Assembly: GCA_045863295.1 (NCBI GenBank)
Contig: BTWA01000064.1
Location: 1 to 18,307 of the forward strand
DNA length: 18,307 bases
Source of the DNA: Candidatus Hydrogenedentota bacterium
Lineage (GTDB): Bacteria > Hydrogenedentota > Hydrogenedentia > Hydrogenedentales > SLHB01
Direction: 5' to 3'
Below, in pieces: positions 1-8,900 of this stretch (its first letter is position 1; each line of letters starts with the position of its first letter). Under the pieces are notes generated by a model. The model was not told the DNA's origin, did not search any database, and saw only the letters and a program-made list of their open reading frames with translations. The position numbers were made by a program, and so were the translations under genes.

Positions 1-54
1 AAAACTCCGGGGGTGCGGGGGCAGCGCCCCCACGGGTGTCGCGTCGTTGTTCTG

Positions 55-780
55 CTACTTTGCGTAGAACTCTTCGGGCGTGAGGTAGTCGAGGCTGGAA
101 TGGGGCCTCTCGGTATTGTATTCAACGCGCCAAGTTTCGGCAATGACTTGCGCTTCGGCGACGCTGTGAAAAAGCTCGAGGTCAAGGCATTCGGAACGGA
201 ACGTTCCGTTGAAACATTCGCCAAAGGCATTCTGCCAGGGGCTTTCAGGATCGATGTAGTGCGCGTGCACACCACGCGCGGCAAGCTCCCGCTTTAGCGC
301 CTTCGCGATAAATTCAGGGCCGTTGTCGCTTCGCAGGCAGACCGGTGTACCGTAGCGTTCGAAGGCGCGCAACAAGACATCGAGCACCTTCTTGGAAGGC
401 ATGCGGCGATTGATCTCAATGTCCAGGCACCTGCGGGTGAACTCGTCGACCAGCGTCAGACAGCGTAGTCTGCGCCCATCCGCCGTGGCATCCTGGACGA
501 AGTCGTAGGTCCATACGTGATGCGGAAAATCGGCCCCAAGCGGTACCGCACCCCTGGTGGCGAGCTGCCGTTTATGCTTGTGGGGAAGACACAGGTCCGC
601 CAGCTTCCACAGCCGGTATACCCGTTTGTGATTCACCCGCATATCCTCGCGCCGAAGTTTCGCCCAAAGCATCCGGTAGCCGGCTCGTTTCTTCCTCCGG
701 GCCAACTCCTGCTATCGGGTCAACAACACAGCATCGTTTCTCTCACGCTGCGATTCATACATGAGCGCCGGCGATACCAC
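55..780 (-). pseudogene. IS3-family transposase OrfB (rve/DDE), degenerate; intact portion 55..705
   Basis: IS3 OrfB motifs GYRMLW..L, VNHKRVYRLW, WTYDF, LVDEFTR, RSDNGPEF, PESPWQNAFGECFNG, YNTERPHSSL. The frame continues upstream as VVSPALMYESQRERNDAVLLTR*QELARR with an in-frame TAG at 712-714. No OrfA is recognisable upstream. Confidence 0.88.
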
Positions 781-1088
781 GTTTGAAGTATTTTTCACTT
801 ACTGCGAAATGGACGTGAATAAGCAACCGATCGATTGGAAGCTTTGTATTTTTTTGGAAGTCAGTCCCGCGCTTATCGTCCATACGCGACGACGGGAATC
901 CGATTCACTCAGCCTCAGCGATGCCGGGCTCTTAGCAAAGGGTATTCCGATAAGAGTATGGTACGGCGGATTCGGCAAAATCGAAAGATCCCTGGGCGGG
1001 TTGGTATCCCAGCCTATCCGATCGGTTCCGGAGTTCGAAGGAGGAAGCGTCGGCCTACACCGTACGGGAGACTCGGTGCTGAATTATC

Positions 1089-1115
1089 CCTTGCCCAAGA
1101 AATGGCGGGGCAAGG
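1089..1115. other. 8-bp inverted repeat CCTTGCCC-N11-GGGCAAGG just downstream of abiEii; possible terminator-like hairpin overlapping the candidate att
   Basis: Arms at 1089-1096 and 1108-1115, 16 bp past the abiEii stop. No clear U-tract follows. Confidence 0.35.
1096..1110 (-). repeat. Candidate distal att site: near-copy of the tRNA-Asp 3' end plus downstream bases
   Basis: CAAGAAATGGCGGGG (1096-1110) vs CAAAAAATGGCGGGG (13539-13553): 14/15 identical, 11 contiguous, same orientation, includes the tRNA terminal CCCCGCCA. Confidence 0.5.
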
Positions 1116-1131
1116 AATGCGCGGGCGATTT

Positions 1132-2052
1132 TTACGCCCAACCTTTTCCCGCCGTCCATATTTCTTTGAAATCGCCGGGTTGCGCGGCAGCGAGGAGGGG
1201 AAGGGAGAGAAATTCGATCAGTTCCCTGTGTACGGCCATAAAGTCGTTCTCAGGAATGTCCGGCAGGCCTGCTCGCCTGAGAAATGCGGTCCAGAGGTCG
1301 CGTTTGTCGCTTCGACTGGGAAAGGTCTCCAGCAGGCACGCGGGTACTTCGCTGGGGATGTCCGTATTTCGACGCTCGAAGGTCGCGTGTATGGCATGGC
1401 AAAGGGTGCAACCTTCGAAGTCGAACTCGCGCGCAAGCACACAAAGGTCGTAGAAGTCCTTCATGCGGGTATTGAGCACGTCAAGGGAAACCATCGCCTG
1501 GAGTTTCTCTGCCACGACCGTTTCCCGCGGGTAAACGCGGATGATTGGCGCGGGCAGCGGGGAAAGGAGCACCGTGTATTCCGCCTGCTGAGGTTCGGGG
1601 GTGATGGCGTCGCCGAAGCCAATGTCTATCTGGAATGGGATGCGGGCGTTTTCAAGAGTGGCGACGAGTTTAACACGCTGGCCGTTGTATTCATGCTCGA
1701 CGCGGATTTCCTCGACGTGGATGGATTGTCCATCGAAGATCAGTCCGTCGGGAGTTACCTCCATGCGGCAAATGTCCCGGATGACCTGTGTAAGTGCTTG
1801 CGTGGATGGATCGCCAAAGCCCAACAAATCGAGATCGCGCGTAGGGCGGTGCGGTTTACGGGACCACAGCGCAAAGAGCCGCGCTCCCTTGAGGACGAAA
1901 AGCTCTGCGTGTTTCGATTGGCTCAGGCGATAGAGAAAGCGCTCCGTGGCGAAGGCCGCAAGGAGCAGGTTGAAGTCCGAACCATCGGGCCTTGCCAGAT
2001 TGCGGAGACGTTCGCGAATGGAAGCGGGGACATTCCTTGGCGGTGGTGTCAT
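1132..2052 (-). CDS. abiEii: Type IV TA toxin, AbiEii/AbiGii-family nucleotidyltransferase (306 aa)
   Basis: Motifs ERFLYRLSQS, FVLKGA, RPTRDLDLLG, QIDIGFGD, YPRETVVAEKL, NTRMKDFYD, ATFERR. Start placed at ATG 2052, which overlaps the antitoxin stop (ATGA), rather than the track's 2097. Confidence 0.92.
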   Translation of the reverse strand: MTPPPRNVPASIRERLRNLARPDGSDFNLLLAAFATERFLYRLSQSKHAELFVLKGARLFALWSRKPHRPTRDLDLLGFGDPSTQALTQVIRDICRMEVTPDGLIFDGQSIHVEEIRVEHEYNGQRVKLVATLENARIPFQIDIGFGDAITPEPQQAEYTVLLSPLPAPIIRVYPRETVVAEKLQAMVSLDVLNTRMKDFYDLCVLAREFDFEGCTLCHAIHATFERRNTDIPSEVPACLLETFPSRSDKRDLWTAFLRRAGLPDIPENDFMAVHRELIEFLSLPLLAAAQPGDFKEIWTAGKGWA

Positions 2053-2657
2053 TGAAACAACTCGAGATAGGGCTGTACGACCTTGGTGACCCGGCAAATG
2101 ACAGCGTATTTCACGAGTTCCGGCACGGTCGCCTTTTTCTGCGCCATGGCATCCCGCAGGGCCTCCACCGCCACGTCACGCCCGATTCTACGCCGATAGC
2201 GGAAGCAGTCAATTACGGTGCGAGCGGGGCTGGTGATACGAACGGGGATCCCATCAACCAGGTGGTCTTCAATACCTTCGGTAAGTGCCTTCCCGGAAAA
2301 GCGAACTACCTCAAAGGACAGATCGGGGATGTGGGGACGCCTGGCCTTAGGGTGCAGCGCGATCCAGATTGTGGTCGGCAATTGAGTCGTAAGTTCATGG
2401 AACCGGAGTGCGGAAAGAAGGCAGATTATGGCACCCGGCGTCCGCTTCGTGATGAGCGCGAAGTCGTGGTTCTCCGTGGGTGATGTTTCCGGATGAGCAT
2501 AGAGGCCGCGCCCGACGCGAAGCAGCCGTCCGGAGCGATACAGGACAGCAATGACATGCCTCGGTATCCCGTGTTTTTCCAGATCGCGGGGGCGAAGGAC
2601 ACCCTGCTTTTTGGTTAGGGCCAGTACCCGATCCGCTGGTGAACGCATGGCGTCCAT
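2049..2657 (-). CDS. abiEi: Type IV TA antitoxin, AbiEi family (N-terminal winged HTH; 202 aa)
   Basis: GVLRPRDL, G.LLRVGRGLY, ICLLSALRFHELTTQLP, ITSPARTVIDCFRYRRRIGRDVAVEAL; translationally coupled to the toxin. Confidence 0.92.
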   Translation of the reverse strand: MDAMRSPADRVLALTKKQGVLRPRDLEKHGIPRHVIAVLYRSGRLLRVGRGLYAHPETSPTENHDFALITKRTPGAIICLLSALRFHELTTQLPTTIWIALHPKARRPHIPDLSFEVVRFSGKALTEGIEDHLVDGIPVRITSPARTVIDCFRYRRRIGRDVAVEALRDAMAQKKATVPELVKYAVICRVTKVVQPYLELFQ

Positions 2658-2706
2658 TGTTCCATTTTGTTGTTTTTTATCATAAAGTATCCGACGTTTT
2701 GTAACA
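2658..2706. promoter_or_regulatory. Imperfect inverted repeat upstream of abiEi; putative AbiEi operator/promoter
   Basis: TGTTCCATTTTGTTG...CGACGTTTTGTAACA (9/15 symmetric) around an AT-rich core, abutting the start codon. AbiEi proteins are known to autorepress via promoter inverted repeats. Confidence 0.45.
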
Positions 2707-2883
2707 CATCCTCGAAGAGCGATGCAATACGAAGGGCCAGGCTCATGCGATTGGGATCATACTAATGCCGCGAGGAACACAGCCGTGTGGCAGGTTGGCA
2801 CCGCCCCAGGCGCAGGTCCTTGCGGCGCAGATGGGGTGAACAAGTCTAGCGGGCAGTTGAGCAACAACCAGACCTATGGTGAA

Positions 2884-2954
2884 CTAATTCATTATTAAAC
2901 AATGAATTAGGCTTCATCTGGGTATCGCAGAGGAACCGCCGACCCTCTGCGGTG
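2884..2954. repeat. Composite site copy A: perfect 10-7-10 palindrome plus conserved core
   Basis: CTAATTCATT-ATTAAAC-AATGAATTAG (2884-2910), then GGAACCGCCGACCCTCTGcGGTG (2932-2954). Direct repeat of 12793-12861. Confidence 0.9.
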
Positions 2955-2971
2955 TTAGCTGGCCATGGTAC

Positions 2972-5900
2972 TTACCATTGTGTTGAACGTGCGATTCGTG
3001 CACAAGCCAACGCTAAGATGGCTAACGAGGTCGCAACCGTAATGATGATTGCCCAACCCAAGGCGCTTCCATTCGCGACTATGTCTACAGGTCCGATTGA
3101 AGCTACTGGAATTCCAACCGGCTGGCCGAGGGCCAACACACCACTATGGTTAACGGAGACTGTGACGTATCCGTTACCTCGTTGGGCAGGTTCAGCCAAC
3201 AAGCCATTAACACGCTCTACTGGAAACCATCCTGGATGGCGGGAAGACTCGCTGAAGTAGAAAATCGAAAGCGTTTCAGGGTCAAACCCGTTGGGAACGG
3301 GCAACTGCATGGAGACCGGTTCATCAAACACGCCAACCGGCGTTACCCTGTACGCTTCCCCAACGGCGCCCCCCAGGGATTCTGGGAGTTCGGGGAGTCC
3401 CTGTTCCTGCAGGAGCGATGGTGTCACTGAGTCATGTGCTCGAATTTCGGAGACGTGGAATGTGAACGGGCCATGGACCACTTCGGTGCCGTTCTCTGAA
3501 ATTGCATGGGCTATCACCGTAATCGACTTACCCAGCTGATGTGACAGCTGTGGCCTAATTACGAACCAACCGTCGTTCTCACCAATCCCGTCAATGGGAA
3601 TCCACTTACCCTGTACTCGTTCCGCAATGCCATCTTCTCCCTTGATGTCACACTCGATCGATGAAACGGCTAGTGGTTCCTCTGATTGAATTCTAATAGC
3701 GATTGGTTGCGTGGTACTGATTGATCCGTGCCCATTGCCATCTTTGTCCAAGGGTATGAGCTCTTCATGAATCGTGGAGAGCTTCTCGACAGCGGAGTTT
3801 CGCGTGGATGGAGGCAGATGTAGGTCGCTGGGAATGTATACCCCCTCAAATACAAGGCTTCCTCCAACGACAAGCGTTCCGGCGGAAGGCTGATTATACG
3901 GCAACTCCCAGCCGTTTACGTCACCCCACGTCAAGGAGTAGACACCTGGCGCCATGCTGCTAATGTCTTTGTCGCCTTGGAAGAATGTTGGGCCGTAGAC
4001 GCTTCCTCCTGCAAGCGTGCCGGATAGAGTCCATGGGGCGCTGATGCTTTTTGGAAATACCCGCACACTGATGGTGTTTGCAGGCGGTGTCTCGTATTTC
4101 GCCGAAAAGGTCACGGTTCCTTTTGCGGCTAACGTCTTTGTCTCCGGCAGGGGCGTCAGTTTACCGGGTAGTGGTTTCCATAGGATCGTATAAGTGCCAG
4201 CAAGTGTGCGTTCAATAGATAGATCGCCCCTACCAAAATGGGTTGCTGGACCGCTCAGGATCCAATCGGCTTCATTTGGAGTGACTTCTATTGCAATAGT
4301 TCCAGTTTCCAGGGAACTGTCCGGTGTGAGATAGAATGCGGGGAGTTGAAGGACTTGTCCGGCGGATAGGGTGAATAGCTGCGGCGCTGAGGGCAAATAT
4401 CCGGTCCGCGATACGGTCAGTGTAAACGTTTGGCCTGACGGGATATTGCCTATGGCGAAATATCCCGTTGCAGGAGTGACGTACGGAGCCGCCGCACCGG
4501 GGCCGGTTGTTACTATATTTGCGCCGCCAATTCCGGACGAGTTCTCGAGGTTGAGCACGAGCCCCAAGACTGTTCCCGGTATACCGGGATTGCCGTTGTT
4601 CACAGAGAGTCTAAACGTCTGTATGCCTGAACTTGGCGTCGCCCCATACGAATCAACAGGAATAACCTGCCAATCGTACTGGGTCAAATCCTGCAGACCA
4701 GAAACTTCCACATAACTGCGTTGAATGTTTTCGATGACCACGGGTTCGGGGTCGCCACCGACTGGGGATATCACGACGCGATACGTCACAGTGTCTCCAG
4801 TATCGGGGTCGGCCTGATCCGCAGGTTCCCAAGTTAGTACCGGCTGGGAGGATGTTACTGCTCCATTCAATGGGCTCACCAACGCCTTTACGGGATTCGG
4901 CGGTTGGTTATCGAGCCGAGGCACGTAGATGTTGGTCACAAGGTAAGAGCTGACCTGTCCCGTTGCTCCATCACGGAGGAAGTAAAAGACCTTGTAGGTT
5001 CCCGGCGTATTAAAATTGACCAGCGACTGGACCGACTGCTGGGTCCACTCGAACCGTATCTTTCCGCCATCGCCCACCATTTGGTTAATCGGCGGAATTG
5101 GACCTACAAGTTGCGCTTGTTTTTGAAAGTCGTCTTCCCCTTCATCCGCGGACAATGGCAGATATAGCGGCGTCTTTACCTCTATCCACGCTGCGTCTCC
5201 CAATCCCCACGCTCTGTTCAATGCGGTTGTTTCAGCAAAAAGGAATGTACCGTCCGCCTTGGAAGCTGAATACTGGAACGACGGTCGTGCCGTGAACCAA
5301 CCGATTCCTTCGCTACTATTACTCTCGAGCCCGAGGACTGATGTTTCGGACCACTTGGCGGGATCATCCAGAATCGGGTTCTGATCGCCTAGCGCATTGT
5401 TGCTTGCAATAGATGTGTATTCGATTGTGCGGTCCGATGCGCGTCGGAAGGCGGACTCAAAATTGAACCCAGCGCGCAGGTTCCGGAAAAGTTCTGAAAC
5501 GAAATATTCGCCGTCACGGAGGCTTATGCCGTCATCGGGTGTTGGATCCACGCCACGATACGACTTCTCATTGGCGCGCGCACTCGTGATGATGACGCGA
5601 TTTGACTTTGTCAGCGCAGGTACAAAACTTCCGGAATGGCAGGCACCGTAAACAATGTAGGTCGTTGGGGCAGTGTCTGGGGCAGCAAATCGAGCGTCGA
5701 GGGACGTATTCAATGCTACACCCAACTGTTCCGCGCTGAGCGATTCACTTGGTCCGGTCCCTCCGATATCCAAGTGGAGCGTGTTCAAACTTCCATGGCT
5801 GACAATTATGATGTAAAGAGGAGCACGGCTCGTTTGAATCTTATTGACCGCCCAAATACCAATGGCGTCCAGCACTGCTTGAGGCGATGGAACTATCGGT

Positions 5901-8900
5901 GCGCCGTTTTGCCCTTTTGCCACACTAATGTCACTAGGCACGGGTGCAACCGAGGGTTGGCGGAGGTAATAGATGTCATCGGCAACAAACTCTCGATCAA
6001 TTAATGCGCGGTACACGCCGTCTGCGGTGAGTGCATGTTCCGGCATGCCTTCACCGTTCTCATTGAGGCGGCCATGCACGATAATCGCGTAACCGGCACC
6101 GGATTTGATTTCCAATGTGGCATCTGTGCGGTCGAAGTCCGGACTTACGACGTTGAACAGATTATCATCACCACGGAACTCTGCCTTAAACTTCCAGACG
6201 CCGACTTCGTCGAAAAGAATGTTCGCGGCCAAAAGGTCGGCCTTCGCAAAGACCGCCAACCCCTCCGAATCTGTAGTACCCGGCACCTCACCACGCGGCT
6301 CGTTTCCAAGCGAGACCGCGAGGTATATGGGCCTGTTGGCGAGTAAGGCACTAAGTGCATCGGGAAAGCCTGGCACATCCAGAGCGACTTTCACACTGAA
6401 ATCGTCTGCATTGGCGAGGTTCAATAATGCCGACGAACGGTTTATTTCGACCGATATCGTTGGGCGCGCCCTTTGAACTGTGAAATTGGATTCCAAGCTC
6501 GTCGCCGCACTGTACACATTATCTCCTGGCCACGACGCGGATGATGTCCAGGCTCCCGACGTAGCTGTCGCAGAGGTGGGAAGGAATTGAGCCCGGTACA
6601 TCGGGCCGTCCAACGTGGTAAAGGGTACACTCTGCGTGGATCCGGATGGCGATGTGACTGCAAATGACAGTCCAGCGCCACCCGGATTCGATGGAGCGGG
6701 CAGGATCTGTGCGGAAAGCGTGACTTCGTTACCCAAGGTAACGGGTTGGGGCAGAGCACCAAAATTGATAATCTGCGATGGTTGAACACCGCCGGAAACG
6801 ACCTCCACATCATCCGTCGAGAAAGGCGTACCCGTCACCACGGTATCCGCCGCCGTTACAACACAAGCCCACACATCCCCTGGAAAAAGTGCGGTGCGCT
6901 CGACCACGCTACGCGTCGAGGAGTTAAACGTCTGCGGCTGGCCCAAGGCAGGAATGACTCTTTCCCCGTTCTTATACCACTCAAAGGAATAGACCAAGGA
7001 CTCGACTTGCTCGTCCACGTCGGGATCCATCGCAGGCGAGGTGATCTCACACACAAGATTGTCGTTGGCGCTCTGCCGTCCACTCCATGAAGAGGTGATT
7101 GCGCTGGTCGGCACACCGGGGCTTGTGTTATGTATAGGCGATGCGCTTGCCTTTGCGGGAGTATGGGAGTACGTGCTTCCATCGAACGCGCGCACCGCGC
7201 ACGACCAGATATCCCCGCGCCGGGTCTCCAACGGAGAAAGCGTATCGCTAAGGGCCGGACTGGTGTGAACAATTGTCCGTCCCGTGTTGCTAGTCCATTT
7301 GAATTCGTAGGTGATGGCGGAAGGCGGGTTGTTGGGGGACACGCTTGGTAGATTCACGCTGCAGACTATCGGATCCGTTGTCTTGATAGCGACAGGTGTC
7401 AATGTGATGCCGCCCGCATTGGTGGGGGAACGATAGTCTGACACCCGGAAATCGGAAGGACCCGGCGTCACCCAGTCTTGGGTATACCACCGCCCATGAG
7501 GCGGGTGCATTGGCGCAGTCACGCCGGGCCGAAAGTACGATTCAGGTAAGAAGGCGATTCGACAGCGAACTGCGTAGCCATTTGCATTGGGTTCGAGGCC
7601 ACTTAAGGCAGATTCGAATGTATGACTGATGTCCCCAGCATTGACCCAGTCTGTAAACAGGATAGGTTGCTCCAGATTTTTGTTGTCATAGGGGACGATC
7701 TGATATTCCATGCGAATTCGGCTGGGAATGCCAAGAGGAGGACTGCCACCCGTAAGTCGCAAGGTTACCGGGTCGGAACCAATGTTTATACCTGGAGAAC
7801 CCCATTGTTGGCCGTTAGAGAGAGAGAGGGATGGCGCAGCGATGACGCGTTCCTCCGGTCCACCCAGCAGTAAGTTAGGATAGAATGAAACTACAGTGCC
7901 CAAATCCGCGTAACCGTCGCCATTGACATCCCCAGCAAGGGCGCCCGCAGCATCCATCGGCAAGGAGTTGCCTACTGGGTCAATGCTGAGCAGGCCGCTC
8001 GTACCTCCCAAAAACAAACGATAGTTATAGTAGCTTGTAGATAGCACGGCATCGGCGAAGCCATCGCCGTTCAGATCTCCGGCCGGGAGGATGTCTGAGC
8101 CAAAACCCGCCCCGGCAACGTTGCTATCCAAAACCACCGCAGCGTCATACGGATTGGAACCTTCTATGCCGGACGTGGAGCCGAGGAATAGAAAAGCCGC
8201 ACCTTCATCGATTTGCCCATTGTCAAAATACGGAGCGCCAATAGTCACGTCATCGAAGCCGTCTCCATTAACGTCTCCAACGCCTGACAGCGAGTATCCA
8301 AAAAATGCTGCTGTCTGATTTCCTTCCAGTATTACCGGTGCGTCATTCAGGAGGCCAAACTGCTCGGCATTCGAAGAACCCAAGAATAAGAACACGACGC
8401 CCTCGCCAGGATGACCTCTCGACATGAAAGGAGCACCAATCATGAAGTCGGCGTAGCCATCGCCATTCACATCACCCGCAGATCCCACCTTGGCATACCA
8501 TAACGGTTCTGTGGAGTTTCCCTCCCAACGGATTGTTGGCACAGCCGGCAGCCCACTGGACGTTCCGAGGAACAAGTCGACAAGTCCAAGCGTGGACGCT
8601 GTGGCGTTGGGTGCGGCAATGAGCACATCTCCATAGCCATCACCATTCACGTCGCCAAGTCCTGACATCGACTGTCCGTACTTTGTATTGGCGTTACTGT
8701 CCGCCAAAGATACTTGTGCAAGTTCAGGATATCCGGGTTCGTAGATTGTGCCACCACCGAGCAGTCCAGTCGCGCTGCCCAAGAAGAGATGCACTTTACC
8801 GAAGCTCTCATTATTGGGAAGGGGATTGCCATCGGGAGGAAATGCGCCCTCGTCGTCATAGGTCCGGTGAATTCCATCAGTATCAGCGAGAGCTGTATTG

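Noticed and set aside
761..2483. Long + strand ORFs (761..1453, 835..2055, 1992..2483)
   Set aside because: They are antisense shadows of abiEii/abiEi with no recognisable motifs.
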